From: Bdellovibrionota bacterium FG-1
GTDB taxonomy: Bacteria > Bdellovibrionota > UBA1018
Length of the DNA stretch: 64,000 bases
Assembly: GCA_051382295.1 (NCBI GenBank)
Contig: JBBCAW010000004.1
Location: forward strand, 1 to 64,000
Direction of reading: 5' to 3'
Shown: positions 36,905-49,560 of the stretch, in pieces
Layout of the letters: every line of letters starts with the position of its first letter
How positions within the stretch are numbered: the first letter of the stretch is position 1
The notes under the pieces: model-generated
Seen by the model: only the letters and a program-made list of their open reading frames with translations
Databases searched by the model: none
What the model was told of the DNA's origin: nothing
Made by a program: the position numbers and the translations under genes

Positions 36905-38240
36905 AATTGCGGAACATATCGTAGCTCGCACAGCCGGGCGAAAGCAGAATAATGTCGCCCGAACGAGACTTTTGATAGGCAAGAAGAACAGCTTCTTCAA
37001 AGGTTCCTACCAAAAATGTTTCCGCGTGGTCTCCGATGGCACGATTGATTTTTTCTTTCGCTTCACCCAGTAAAATAACGATCTTGCACTTCTTCTGAAC
37101 CAGATCTTGAAGCGGCGTATAATCCATGTTCTTGTCTTTGCCGCCCGCAATCAAAATAATCGGATTACTCGTAAAAGCACCCAACGAGCGCTTCACGCTC
37201 ATGACATTGGTGCCTTTTGAATCGTTAAAAAAGAAAACGCCATCTTTCTTACGAATGAATTCCAGCCGATGCGCAACCGCTTTAAACGTATTGATCACGG
37301 TTTGAACGGCTTTTTCGCTCACCCCCATAATCCGCGCCGTCAGCACCGCCGCCAGAAGATTTTCTTTGTTGTGTTCACCAAAAAGTTTGAACTGCGCGAG
37401 ATCATAAATCTCTTCTTTGCCCGTGATTTTTACCATCAACTTCTTAATAGCTGCGTTGTAATAAGCGCCGCAAAATTGTTCGGCAAAAGCCCCCCCCACC
37501 TTGAGCGGGTCACGACGGGTGAACCAGAGCACCTTGCCTGGATTTTCCTGGCCAAAGCTGGCAATAATAGGATCGTCATAATTCAGGATCACGTAACTAT
37601 TCCGATCGCAGGCCTTTAAAAGGCGTTTTTTCGCCTGAATATAGCTCTGCATATCCGAATAACGATCCAAGTGGTCTTCTTCGAGATTGGTGAAAACCGC
37701 GACCGCCGGGACCAATTTATCGATCATCTCCAACTGAAAGCTCGATAGCTCAGCCACGACAACATCGGCCTTCTGTCCCTCGGTGACATAGTTCAGCAGG
37801 GGTCTGCCGATATTGCCACCCACATAAACCCCTTTGTTATCGGCTTTGAACATATCACCGATCAAAGTGGTCACGGTCGTCTTGCCATTGGTGCCCGTAA
37901 TCGCCACCAGCGGTTCTTTCAGTGCCTGCGCGGCTAACTCGACTTCTGAAATAATGGGGACATTGAGCTCGCGAGCTTCTTCCAGGGGTTTGATATTCAA
38001 CTGAACGCCGGGGCTCACCACAATCAACTCTGCCGTGTGAAAGGTCTTGTTATTATGCTTACCCAGTTCGTATTCGATTTTCAGCTCTTCACACGCCGTG
38101 ATCGAATCCATCAAGTCATGCCGTTGCTTGGTGTCGGTGACCGTGACTTTGGCGCCTTGTTTGACCATGTATTTGATTGCGGCCACGCCGGAGAGTCCGA
38201 AACCCACCACTAAAACTCTTTTGCCCTTGTACTTACTCAT
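36858..38240 (-). CDS. murD: UDP-MurNAc-L-Ala--D-glutamate ligase
   Basis: GTNGKTT, ELSSFQL, DHLDRY, NDSKGTN, LSPGCASYDMF. Confidence 0.99.
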   Translation of the reverse strand: MSKYKGKRVLVVGFGLSGVAAIKYMVKQGAKVTVTDTKQRHDLMDSITACEELKIEYELGKHNNKTFHTAELIVVSPGVQLNIKPLEEARELNVPIISEVELAAQALKEPLVAITGTNGKTTVTTLIGDMFKADNKGVYVGGNIGRPLLNYVTEGQKADVVVAELSSFQLEMIDKLVPAVAVFTNLEEDHLDRYSDMQSYIQAKKRLLKACDRNSYVILNYDDPIIASFGQENPGKVLWFTRRDPLKVGGAFAEQFCGAYYNAAIKKLMVKITGKEEIYDLAQFKLFGEHNKENLLAAVLTARIMGVSEKAVQTVINTFKAVAHRLEFIRKKDGVFFFNDSKGTNVMSVKRSLGAFTSNPIILIAGGKDKNMDYTPLQDLVQKKCKIVILLGEAKEKINRAIGDHAETFLVGTFEEAVLLAYQKSRSGDIILLSPGCASYDMFRNYEERGDYFKKLVSQL

Positions 38241-38261
38241 GAAGACAATCCCCTAAGGTTA

Positions 38262-39338
38262 TTACCTCAGCTTGAGGGTCGAAAGCGTAAACAACGCAAG
38301 CAGAATGGAGATGATCCAAAACCGAACGATCACCTTGGGCTCTGCCCAACCCTTGAGTTCAAAGTGATGGTGAATCGGCGCCATCTTGAAGACTCGCTTT
38401 CCAGTCATCTTGAAGGACGCCACCTGTGCCATCACTGAGAGTGCCTCAATTACGAAAATTCCGCCGCAAAGTGCAAGTAAGAATTCGTTTTTCGTAATAA
38501 CAGCCACAATAGCTAACGCAGCCCCGAGCGCGAGAGACCCCACATCACCCATAAACACCTGCGCTGGATAGGTGTTAAACCATAAAAATCCCAGACAAGA
38601 CGCCGCGATTGTGCCACAAAAAATGGACAACTCTCCAGCCCCAGGAACATGAGGAATCTGTAAGTATTCCGAAATCTTAGCGTTTCCGGCGCAATAGGCC
38701 AAAATCAAAAATGTGCCGGACGTCGTGATGGTCGGGCCCACCGCAAGGCCATCCAACCCGTCGGTCAAATTCACTGCATTTGAGGTGCCCACAATCACGA
38801 AGGCGGCAAAAGCGATAAAGAAGGGACCTAAATGCAAAGACCAAGACTTGAAGAAGGGGAATTTAAGATCCGGGGGCGTATCCCTCAACACATAGATGAG
38901 GTAGGCTGCACCCACTGCGATTATGGTTTGCCAAAAAATCTTTTGACGTCCGGAAAGCCCTTTTGAGTTTTTTTGAATCACTTTACGGTAATCATCGACC
39001 CAACCAATCACGCCCGTCAAAAGCGTGGTCGCCAAGGCAATCCACACATTTTTGTTGGTCAGATCAGACCAAAGCAAAGTGGGAACCGCAATTCCCAATA
39101 AAATCAAGCCCCCACCCATCGTAGGGGTTCCCTTTTTAGAAAGGTGGCTTTTCGGCCCATCATCCCGAATGGATTGACCCAGCTGCTTTCGCTGCAAAAA
39201 ACGGATATAGGCCGGACCGATCAACATGCACAAAAGGACACTGGTGATGCTCGCGCCGAACGTTCTGAACGTGATGTACTTAAAGACGTTCAGGAACGAG
39301 TGCTGCGCATGCAGCGGGTACAGTAAATGGAAGAGCAT
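38262..39338 (-). CDS. mraY: Phospho-MurNAc-pentapeptide transferase
   Basis: [40 protein letters not shown]. Confidence 0.99.
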   Translation of the reverse strand: MLFHLLYPLHAQHSFLNVFKYITFRTFGASITSVLLCMLIGPAYIRFLQRKQLGQSIRDDGPKSHLSKKGTPTMGGGLILLGIAVPTLLWSDLTNKNVWIALATTLLTGVIGWVDDYRKVIQKNSKGLSGRQKIFWQTIIAVGAAYLIYVLRDTPPDLKFPFFKSWSLHLGPFFIAFAAFVIVGTSNAVNLTDGLDGLAVGPTITTSGTFLILAYCAGNAKISEYLQIPHVPGAGELSIFCGTIAASCLGFLWFNTYPAQVFMGDVGSLALGAALAIVAVITKNEFLLALCGGIFVIEALSVMAQVASFKMTGKRVFKMAPIHHHFELKGWAEPKVIVRFWIISILLALFTLSTLKLR

Positions 39339-39370
39339 CCTCGGATGCTAATGGGTTTTGAAAAACCGTG

Positions 39371-40846
39371 TCAATGTCTTTTGTCATCCTTTGCATCTAA
39401 GGCCCCGGCCGCAACCTCCCTGTCATCAAACCGGACCTTTCGAGTCCCCTCGGGGGCCGTGGGGTCGGCCACGATTTGATAGTCCTCGTGTCCTTTTCCT
39501 GCAATCAGCACGAGATCACCCCCCTGAGCCTCCAAAACCGCGCTAAAAATCGCTTTTCGGCGATCGGGTTCGATCCTAACATTTGTCCGATCGGTAATTC
39601 CACCCAGGATCTCTTGAATGATCACGTCTGGACTCTCTGTTCGTGGATTATCAGAAGTGACCCAGAGAAGATCCGAGAGCTCAGCCGCGAGCTTACCCAT
39701 CACTGGGCGCTTGGAGCGATCACGGTCACCGCCACATCCCACAACCGTAATAAGGCGATGTCCCTGCCGAACCTCACGCAGAGTCTTGAGCACCTTTTCC
39801 AAGGCGTCAGGTTTGTGGGCATAATCTACCCAAACAGAAACTCCTTGCCGATTGGGAACCCGCTCCAGACGCCCTGGAACCGACTTCAGGCGCGCGATCC
39901 CCTTCGCGATAGTATCCGCATCCAGACGCAGACCTTGCGCTGCTGCAATAGCTCCGAGCAGGTTCTGAGCATTAAATCGTCCCGTTAAACCGGATTTGAT
40001 CCGTACCCCCGCCGCACTTCCTTGAATTCCACTCAAATCGATCTGAAGACCAGCACCCGAAATATCGGCGTTAGGGTCCAGCCCAAAACTGGCAAACCAC
40101 AATTCGGGCTGCGGATGGGCGCGCAGGTCCTCGATCAAGCGCTGGCCCCACTCGTCGTCCTGGCTGATACCCGCAAACGGACGCTTACCTGACTCAATCG
40201 AATATTGGATCGAGTCGGTAAATAAACTCGCCTTGGCGCGAAAGTAATCTTCCATGTTGGGATGAAAATCCAGATGCTCCCGGGTGAGATTAGTGAAAAT
40301 GACCGAATCAAAAGCAACATAGGCCGCTCGGTGTTGCTTCAGCGCATGCGAAGAAACTTCCATCACCACGGCAGTGCAACCGTCTTTTTTCATCTCGGCT
40401 AGGAGTTTTTGCAGCTCAACTGGCCCAGGTGTGGTGTGAGTCGAAGGATAGATTTTTTTTTCAAATCGAAAATTGATGGTTCCGATCACACCGACTCGAT
40501 GACCGGCCGACGCTAAGATGGACTCCAAGATATAAGTTGTCGTCGTTTTTCCGCTCGTGCCGGTCACACCTACGATGGTCATCCCCTTGGAAGGATGACC
40601 TGCGAAATGAGCGGCCAAGCAGGCTAGGGCAAGCCGAGAATCAGGAGCGCGGATATAAGGAATGCCCTTGAGTTCCTCGGCTGGATCCTCCCCCACGATG
40701 CAGACCGCGCCCTGTTTGACCGCCTGGCCTATATAAAGATGCCCATCGTGTGATCCCCCTCGAACAGCGACAAAAACCGTTTGAGAAGTGACTTGTCGTG
40801 AATCAGCCGTGACATTGCGAGCAGAAGCCGGAATTTGTTCAATCAT
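39371..40846 (-). CDS. murE: UDP-MurNAc-dipeptide--meso-DAP ligase
   Basis: GTSGKTT, MEVSSH, DYAH, GCGGDRD, DNPR (meso-DAP type), AGKGHE. Confidence 0.98.
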   Translation of the reverse strand: MIEQIPASARNVTADSRQVTSQTVFVAVRGGSHDGHLYIGQAVKQGAVCIVGEDPAEELKGIPYIRAPDSRLALACLAAHFAGHPSKGMTIVGVTGTSGKTTTTYILESILASAGHRVGVIGTINFRFEKKIYPSTHTTPGPVELQKLLAEMKKDGCTAVVMEVSSHALKQHRAAYVAFDSVIFTNLTREHLDFHPNMEDYFRAKASLFTDSIQYSIESGKRPFAGISQDDEWGQRLIEDLRAHPQPELWFASFGLDPNADISGAGLQIDLSGIQGSAAGVRIKSGLTGRFNAQNLLGAIAAAQGLRLDADTIAKGIARLKSVPGRLERVPNRQGVSVWVDYAHKPDALEKVLKTLREVRQGHRLITVVGCGGDRDRSKRPVMGKLAAELSDLLWVTSDNPRTESPDVIIQEILGGITDRTNVRIEPDRRKAIFSAVLEAQGGDLVLIAGKGHEDYQIVADPTAPEGTRKVRFDDREVAAGALDAKDDKRH

Positions 40847-42852
40847 GGGTCCCCCAGCGACACCTTAACCGTATCTCCCTCGACTAAGGAAGTCCCCTCT
40901 GCCGGATTTTGGGTTCGAATCACCCCAGTGCCATGAACCTCCATTTGGAAGCGATGGCCTTGTAATGCGCGCATAGCCTCCCGCGGAGTTAAGCCCTGTA
41001 GAGAGGGCATTTTCCACATCGTATGCCCTGTGGCCGTCGTCCCCTGCCAATGCAAAGCAAGATCGGCCTCAGGCTCAGGAGAAGCTACCGGATGGGCCGA
41101 GGACACCTTGAGTCGATCCTGATCGGCCAAAACTCGATTAACGGTATCCGGCCGGGTCGGAAGACTGAAGCGATTGGCCACCGCATTGAGAACTTCGCGA
41201 AACAACGGCGCCGCGGTTTCTGAAGCGTAAATCACCCCATGAGGTTCATCAATGGAGGCAAAAACCACGATTTTGGGATCGACCCCCAAAGGCATGCCAA
41301 TAAAGGATGCGACATAACGCGAACGTGAATAGGTGTGTGTGGTGGGATCAACTTTTTGCGCAGTTCCGGTTTTTCCAGCAATCGCATAACCCGGAAGATT
41401 GGCCTTAATCGCGGTTCCACCCTCGTGAAGCGGACCTTGAAGGGTTTCAACCATCTGGGCCGCGACTTTTTCTGTAATTACGCGCGAACTGAGGGGTTTC
41501 GCGGAATCCATCAAAATTCTGGGCTGAACCAACCATCCACCATTCAAAAAGGTCGCATAGGCTCGAAGCATTTGAATCGGCGTCACTAAGATGCCTTGGC
41601 CAAACCCGATATTCGCCAACGTAATGGGTGACCAATTTTTTCGCACCGGCAACATTCCCGAAATCTCACCGGGAAAGAACGACCCCGTTTTCGCCCCAAA
41701 ACCGAAGGACTTCAAGGTGCTATAATAATGGTCGGCCCCGAGCTTGAGTGCCACTTTGGCCGCGCCCACATTGCTCGAAACTTGAATCAGTCTATTCAAA
41801 TTGAGCCAGCCATATTTTTCGTGAGCCTCCGCTTCCGAAATTTTATGCCCCTGCACCTTGAGGCCCTGGCCCATTTCACCCCAGACTTGATCTGAAATCT
41901 TCCAGCCATGCGAAAGCGCGCTCGCCAATAATACTGCCTTGAGTGTCGAGCCTGGCTCGTAGCCATCAGTCAGCACCCGGTTGCGACGCCGGTCGGCAGG
42001 CGCATTGGGATCATTGGGGTTATAAGAAGGTTGATTGGCCATAGCGAGGATTTCGCCATTGACTGCATTCATCACAATAACCGCACCGCCATGCGCATTA
42101 TGCTTGAGTACCGAATTACGAAGTTCCTGCTCCACTGCGAACTGAAGAGAGGCATCAAGCGTCAGGCTCACGGGCTCGCCATCTCGATGATCTTGAACAT
42201 TTTTAGCCGAAACGGCGTCAATAAAAGTGGGGCGTCCCATGGCATCCTTGATCGCGCTGACGGAGAGTATTTTTCCGCGCATTTTCTCGTCTTGCCAAAG
42301 CTCCACGCCTTCAACGCCTTCAGAATCTACATTTGTCCCGCCAATCACGTGCGAAGCCAGTTCACCATGAGGATAAACCCGCTTGCTTTCCTTCACCTGC
42401 ATAAGCCCTGGAATTAGATCTCCATCCGCACTGAATAATCGCCATTTTTTGAGTCGATGCAGCTCGTTTTCAGTCAGATGGCGCTTGATCCAGACAAATT
42501 CGTGCCCCCCTTTGAGTCGTTGCAGTATTTTTTTGTATGGCACATCCGTGGCCTTATTCAGCAACCGAGCCAAAGCGCGGGGATTGTCTATTTTGGAAGG
42601 ATTAGCCGCAAGCGAACTCGTTTCGATATTGATCGCAAGAGGTTCACCGTTTCGGTCCAAAATCGCGCCCCGACGAGGACGAATCAACACCTTAGACTGA
42701 AATTGTCGCCGCGCCATCTGCTCTAAACGCTCATGCGTGAAGACCTGAACCATCGCGGCCCGAGCCATCACGGCTGCCGCAAAAAGCATGCACAAAAGCA
42801 TCAAGCTCGTCATTCTCAGCTTGATACCGAGCTTGGTTGCTTCAGTTTGCAT
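40843..42852 (-). CDS. ftsI: Class B penicillin-binding protein FtsI with C-terminal PASTA-like domain
   Basis: RGAILDRNG, EPGSTLK, SSN, KTGT. ATG 42852 follows GGAGG. Confidence 0.95.
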   Translation of the reverse strand: MQTEATKLGIKLRMTSLMLLCMLFAAAVMARAAMVQVFTHERLEQMARRQFQSKVLIRPRRGAILDRNGEPLAINIETSSLAANPSKIDNPRALARLLNKATDVPYKKILQRLKGGHEFVWIKRHLTENELHRLKKWRLFSADGDLIPGLMQVKESKRVYPHGELASHVIGGTNVDSEGVEGVELWQDEKMRGKILSVSAIKDAMGRPTFIDAVSAKNVQDHRDGEPVSLTLDASLQFAVEQELRNSVLKHNAHGGAVIVMNAVNGEILAMANQPSYNPNDPNAPADRRRNRVLTDGYEPGSTLKAVLLASALSHGWKISDQVWGEMGQGLKVQGHKISEAEAHEKYGWLNLNRLIQVSSNVGAAKVALKLGADHYYSTLKSFGFGAKTGSFFPGEISGMLPVRKNWSPITLANIGFGQGILVTPIQMLRAYATFLNGGWLVQPRILMDSAKPLSSRVITEKVAAQMVETLQGPLHEGGTAIKANLPGYAIAGKTGTAQKVDPTTHTYSRSRYVASFIGMPLGVDPKIVVFASIDEPHGVIYASETAAPLFREVLNAVANRFSLPTRPDTVNRVLADQDRLKVSSAHPVASPEPEADLALHWQGTTATGHTMWKMPSLQGLTPREAMRALQGHRFQMEVHGTGVIRTQNPAEGTSLVEGDTVKVSLGDP

Positions 42853-43120
42853 TGCCCCTCCCGAAGTGAATGACTTGATCCGCGCGAGGGGTCCCAAGAC
42901 CAAATTGAGTGCGTGCGATGCTTTCGAGATGGCGAGGTGAGCGAAGCGCGGTCAGCTTGAGTTCCATGGTCTCGCGACCTTGCTTGAACTCGCGCACTTG
43001 ACGTTCAGCCTGATTGATCGCGTAAGTGGTTCGAACAATCGACAGTCTAAGCCAGACGGTTACTACCGCCAGCGCGACCATGGCTGGAAACACCCATATT
43101 GGCATCCACTTCCGTGACAT
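42842..43120 (-). CDS. ftsL: Cell division protein FtsL
   Basis: TM plus coiled coil, LRSPRHLESIARTQFGL. Located between rsmH and ftsI. Confidence 0.85.
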   Translation of the reverse strand: MSRKWMPIWVFPAMVALAVVTVWLRLSIVRTTYAINQAERQVREFKQGRETMELKLTALRSPRHLESIARTQFGLGTPRADQVIHFGRGNAN

Positions 43121-44078
43121 TTTCCGACATCCTTTCGGCTATCCGAAGCTTAGCGCTCCGCGAACGCGGATTACGCCTCATTTCTGCTTCGTCCGCTTCC
43201 TGCGGTTTTTTAGTCAGCGGTCTAAACAGGCCTTCCTTATCCCGAAACGCTTGTTTGACTTTTCTATCCTCGAGCGAATGAAAACTCAAGATCGCCACTC
43301 TTCCCCCTGATTTCACTTCCAGTATAACACGCTTCAAAAGAGTATCGAGCTCTTCGAGCTCTTCATTCACCAAGATTCGCAAAGCTTGAAAAGTTCGAGT
43401 CGCGGCGTGAATCCTGCCATGACGTGCGGCGGGTGGCACCGCTTTGACGATCAAATCACCCAAACCGATCGTCGTGGTCGGCAACGCATGCCTTCGTCGA
43501 GCTTCTACGATAGCCGCGGCGATCTGTCGTGAAAAGCGTTCTTCACCCAGTTCATGAATGAGGTCGGCCAATTGTCTTTCGGTCATCTGAAAAAGATATT
43601 GCCTGGCACTTTGTCCACGTGAAGGGTCCAATCGCATATCCAAAGGACCTTCACGTGAAAAACTCAGCCCTCGTTCGGCGTCTTCCAGCTGATCACTCGA
43701 AAAGCCTAAATCCGCCATGAGACCCAAGACGGGCCGACCCGCCAGGAAATGATTCGCCTGACTAAAAGGTGAATGCACGAGCTCCAACTTTCCAGCTGCG
43801 ATCTGTTCAGAAAACCTGACCCGCCCTCGTTCTATTGCCGAGGCATCTTGATCAAATGCCATGACCGAGTGCCGAGAAAGCCGCGGATCGCAGGCTAGCG
43901 CCTCCAAAAAAGCCGCCGTATGCCCGCCTCCTCCAAAAGTACAGTCGACTAAAATATGGGAAGGTATCTCGTCCCCCAACGCACGAAAAGGCGCTAAAAG
44001 CCCCGCGAGGATAGGCTCAACCAAAATCGGGATATGAACGCTTTGGGCTTCAGCGGTTGTCGGCAACACTGTTGGCAT
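43047..44078 (-). CDS. rsmH: 16S rRNA m4C1402 methyltransferase
   Basis: DCTFGGGGH, DLGFSS, PLDMR, ATRTFQALRI, SFHSLEDR, NPRSRSAKLR. Confidence 0.98.
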   Translation of the reverse strand: MPTVLPTTAEAQSVHIPILVEPILAGLLAPFRALGDEIPSHILVDCTFGGGGHTAAFLEALACDPRLSRHSVMAFDQDASAIERGRVRFSEQIAAGKLELVHSPFSQANHFLAGRPVLGLMADLGFSSDQLEDAERGLSFSREGPLDMRLDPSRGQSARQYLFQMTERQLADLIHELGEERFSRQIAAAIVEARRRHALPTTTIGLGDLIVKAVPPAARHGRIHAATRTFQALRILVNEELEELDTLLKRVILEVKSGGRVAILSFHSLEDRKVKQAFRDKEGLFRPLTKKPQEADEAEMRRNPRSRSAKLRIAERMSENVTEVDANMGVSSHGRAGGSNRLA

Positions 44079-45369
44079 GAACCGGATGCGTAAAAAAGTA
44101 TTGTTCCATCGCTTTTCGGGCCAAATAAGACGATTTCACCCGCCACTGTTTTTTATGAATCGTCAAAGCCGCGACCGCAATCCGATGGGGACCCCCATCC
44201 GCATAACCTACAAACCAATCATATTTGCCGGGCGGATCCATTCCGGTTAATGAGCCCGTTTTGCCACCCACGCTCAGTTCTTTAAATGGCCCCTTGAAAA
44301 ACCCCCGAAAGGATTTGCGCGAAGTTCCATGGGTCACGGTCTCCGTCATAAGCGCACGAATTTCAGAAGCGGTCTCAGGTTTGACCACCACGCTCGCGAC
44401 TTTAGGTTCAGAGGTGTACAGACTGCCGCCCTCAGGGCTATAAACGGATTGCACCACAAAGGGTTCCATCATGACGCCGTCATTGGCTACGGCAGCCGCG
44501 ATTAAAGCCCCTTGCATCGGACTCATGGTGTTTTCCCGGGTGTAGCCCGAGGCTGTCTGAGCTAAATCCCAGGCGTCCGCGTCGTTTGCGATGTGAGCAT
44601 GTCCTTGTTGCATCGGAAAATCAGACGCAATGGCACGGTTAAAGCCAAAGCGGCTCGCATAGTTTTGTAATTTTTCGGTTCCTACTTGGTAAGCACCAAT
44701 GCGACCAAAAACAGTATTGATCGATTTGGCAAAAGCCTCTTTCAACGTTGAATACCGGGACCACCGATTCACCCGGTTTTTCATAATATTACTTCGATAA
44801 AGGGTATGATTCGCACCCGTGAACTGAATAATTGAATTTGGATTCAGCTTTTGTTCCTGAATCGCGGCCGCTGCGGTCACGACCTTGAATACGGAGGCCG
44901 AAGGGAAGGTCGCCCTCAAGGCAAGGTTCTCTTTGATCTTAGGGTCCCGTGAATAACTCACCATCGCCAAAACTCGCCCGGTCACGGCATCCATGGCGAC
45001 AAAAGCACCATAATCAGGGGAGTAAGACTTAAAAAGCTGCTCCATGGACTCCTGCAATTTGGCGTCAAATGAATATTGAATGATCGCGTGAAACTTTTCT
45101 TTTTCATTGATGGAAATTTCAAGATCAGACGGAAATTCAAAGAGCGCTTTGGTCTCTCCGAGAGCCTGGGAAAGGTTTTCTTTGGTCACGACGCTCTGTT
45201 TCGGGCCAAAAACGTTGCCAAAAGCAGGCCCCAGAAAAGGAGACGGAAGGTGGGTTTTTGCGTGAATGGCAAATAGGCCTGAGCCGAGAAAAACCCCTGC
45301 AACAATAAAAGAAGCCCCCCACTTCAGGGCCCGCGGCGCCTGGGCGACCGCTCCTATAAAACGACTCAT
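44050..45369 (-). CDS. Penicillin-binding protein, essentially transpeptidase domain only
   Basis: N-terminal TM segment, SxxK (SVFK), SxN (SIN), KTG. Very short non-catalytic region. Confidence 0.9.
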   Translation of the reverse strand: MSRFIGAVAQAPRALKWGASFIVAGVFLGSGLFAIHAKTHLPSPFLGPAFGNVFGPKQSVVTKENLSQALGETKALFEFPSDLEISINEKEKFHAIIQYSFDAKLQESMEQLFKSYSPDYGAFVAMDAVTGRVLAMVSYSRDPKIKENLALRATFPSASVFKVVTAAAAIQEQKLNPNSIIQFTGANHTLYRSNIMKNRVNRWSRYSTLKEAFAKSINTVFGRIGAYQVGTEKLQNYASRFGFNRAIASDFPMQQGHAHIANDADAWDLAQTASGYTRENTMSPMQGALIAAAVANDGVMMEPFVVQSVYSPEGGSLYTSEPKVASVVVKPETASEIRALMTETVTHGTSRKSFRGFFKGPFKELSVGGKTGSLTGMDPPGKYDWFVGYADGGPHRIAVAALTIHKKQWRVKSSYLARKAMEQYFFTHPVHANSVADNR

Positions 45370-45544
45370 GTTTCCTCATTTCGAAAAAAGATGTCTGGAT
45401 CTAAATTGTTCACCGGAAACATTGTTTTGGTCAAGTCTTTGCTCCCAAATCATTTCTCTCACTGAACCGTGTCGGAAAATTGTCGTTGCAGCTTTAAGTC
45501 TTCACACAATCGAGACAATTTTGTCGAGTTTTTAGACAGTTTTT

Positions 45545-46339
45545 TCAAAGTTCAAACGAAAGCTTTGCCGCAACTTCCACCGCTCGCTCTTCCTCGGTGA
45601 GGTAATGGGCCTGTGTCATTTTGGACAAGATGGAAGCCATGGTCGAGCGAGCGTAATCGGTCAATTTTTTGGCTCGAAACGACTGACTATACCTCAGTGG
45701 GCTTGGCAAAAGCATGGCCAGAAAAGCTCCCTCACGGGCAGTCAGTAGAATGGGCTCTTTTTCAAAATAAAACCGAGCGGCGGCCTGGATTCCATAAATC
45801 CCCTCACCCCATTCAGCGATATTTAAATAAGTTTCAAGAATTTTTCGTTTGCCGACGGATTCCTCCAAGCGCATGGCCAGGAATAACTCCTTCACCTTGC
45901 GCCAAAGGTTCTTGTCCTTGTCCAAAAATACATTCCGAGCGACTTGCTGGGTAATAGTACTCGCGCCGCGGGCAAAACGGCCTTCTTCCCAGTCTTCTTT
46001 GATCGCCTCGCGAATCTGGTTCGGGTCGTAGCCCTTGTGCTGATAAAAAGCCCAATCCTCACTCACCAAAATCGCGCCTACGGCTAAGCGAGAAACCTCG
46101 CCCAAGGCCACCCAACTGGCAGGCCGCGTACGCGCTAGGGTAATCGAGGGAGACCGACTAGGCCCCTGGTAATGAACAATCGGGTAACGGGACCGGAGTA
46201 CGCCCACATCCGGAATTTCGGTTCGGATAAACCGGTATGATCCCCAAGCCAACCCCAAGGCTCCCGCCACGGAAAGCAGTCCCAAACTCACAAGCAACCC
46301 GCTGCCCAGCCTTTTTCTAAAAGACTTCCTAGAACCCAT
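45545..46339 (-). CDS. mtgA: Monofunctional peptidoglycan transglycosylase (GT51)
   Basis: EDWAFYQHKG, GASTITQQVARN, RKVKE, ILETYLN. Confidence 0.92.
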   Translation of the reverse strand: MGSRKSFRKRLGSGLLVSLGLLSVAGALGLAWGSYRFIRTEIPDVGVLRSRYPIVHYQGPSRSPSITLARTRPASWVALGEVSRLAVGAILVSEDWAFYQHKGYDPNQIREAIKEDWEEGRFARGASTITQQVARNVFLDKDKNLWRKVKELFLAMRLEESVGKRKILETYLNIAEWGEGIYGIQAAARFYFEKEPILLTAREGAFLAMLLPSPLRYSQSFRAKKLTDYARSTMASILSKMTQAHYLTEEERAVEVAAKLSFEL

Positions 46340-46416
46340 GGATCACACCCATAGCATAAACAGGAATTCCCCGGGAATTGCTTGTTTTGCCTCCATGCAA
46401 AATGTAGACTCGTGAG

Positions 46417-48298
<1,882 letters not shown>

Positions 48299-48307
48299 TT
48301 GATTTTT

Positions 48308-49468
48308 TCACAGTTCATTAAATATATCCGTCCAAGGTAAGCACCGCACTTGACCCAACTTTTGTCGGCTTGGATCCCGAGATAGGTAATAAATTTTAGT
48401 GCTATCCGGCAGGTCAGCGGCAAGTTGCTCGAGCTTTCGAACTTCGATAGGATCGATCCGTAATGTAGATTTAATCTCAATTGCGAGATGTTGGCGACCT
48501 CGACTCAAGATCACATCAATCTCGCTGTCATCTTTTGTTTCCAAATAAGAAAATTGGTAATCAAGCTCATGATACGAGTTAAATCGAACCAACTCATTGA
48601 TCACCCAAGCTTCAAATGCCTCACCAAAAGCAGAGGTTCCGGAGATCAATGGACTGTGAATCATCCCCGCCAAAAAGCGCTGGACGCCACCGTCAAACCA
48701 GTAAAACTTTGGCGCTTTTCGCTGTTTTTTTCGAATAGAAGGACCAAACGGCAGAAGCCTTACTCCTAAGTATGTTTCTTCAAGAATATCAAAATATGAC
48801 TGAACGGTCTTGTTATCGGCACCTATGTCACGTGCAATCGCTTCATAATTAATCCGCTTACTATTCATTTGCGCCGCAATCTCAAGAAAGCCCTTAAAGG
48901 GGGCAAGATTTCGAACTAATTGTTCGACCAGTATTTCTTCTTTTAAATAAATTTGACAATAACTTCGAAGTCTTCGAATTCGCTCGGAAGAAGAGTGTGC
49001 GAAGTGAACACGAGGAAGCGTGCCCCAATTCAGGGCTGTCTCGAGTTCAAAATTCTTGCCCAATTCTTCACCCGAAAAGGGAAAAAGAGAAAACACAGCC
49101 GCTCGTCCGCCGAGTAAATTGGCATGCCCTCGTTTAAGTTTTCGCGCGGATGACCCCGACAGGACAAAACGAAGTCCTCGACGCTCAATGAGTCGATGAA
49201 CCAAATCCAAAAGGCGCGGGACTTTTTGAACCTCATCGATAATGATCCAATCGGGCTTATTTTTCTCTTCGATTAAGAGCTCAATCTCTGATTCCAGGGC
49301 TTTTGGATTTCTGAGGTAACGGTCTTCGATGTCAGGGTCCAAAAGGTCCAGCCATAGACAATTCTGCTCAGAAAATCGATCCTGAAGCCAAGTCGACTTT
49401 CCAGTTCCGCGCGCACCGAAGAGAAAAAAGCTTTCGTTGATTTTCGGACTCAGCTTTCTCTGGATCAT
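48308..49468 (-). CDS. AAA_14 ATPase with DUF4143 domain (second, divergent)
   Basis: GARGTGKS, IDEVQK, SGSSARKL, PKFYWFD, EIDV...IEIK. Confidence 0.92.
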   Translation of the reverse strand: MIQRKLSPKINESFFLFGARGTGKSTWLQDRFSEQNCLWLDLLDPDIEDRYLRNPKALESEIELLIEEKNKPDWIIIDEVQKVPRLLDLVHRLIERRGLRFVLSGSSARKLKRGHANLLGGRAAVFSLFPFSGEELGKNFELETALNWGTLPRVHFAHSSSERIRRLRSYCQIYLKEEILVEQLVRNLAPFKGFLEIAAQMNSKRINYEAIARDIGADNKTVQSYFDILEETYLGVRLLPFGPSIRKKQRKAPKFYWFDGGVQRFLAGMIHSPLISGTSAFGEAFEAWVINELVRFNSYHELDYQFSYLETKDDSEIDVILSRGRQHLAIEIKSTLRIDPIEVRKLEQLAADLPDSTKIYYLSRDPSRQKLGQVRCLPWTDIFNEL

Positions 49469-49560
49469 ACTCCATATTGTTACGCCAAAAATGGACCAAG
49501 GTCAAGCACTTGAAGGCAGCCGGTAACGGACACTGAGCCGCCGGGTGCATCGGATCTCAC

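Noticed and set aside
45469..45540. tgtc/gaca-rich imperfect inverted repeats between mtgA and the PBP gene
   Set aside because: Possibly regulator sites, but too degenerate to support by eye.
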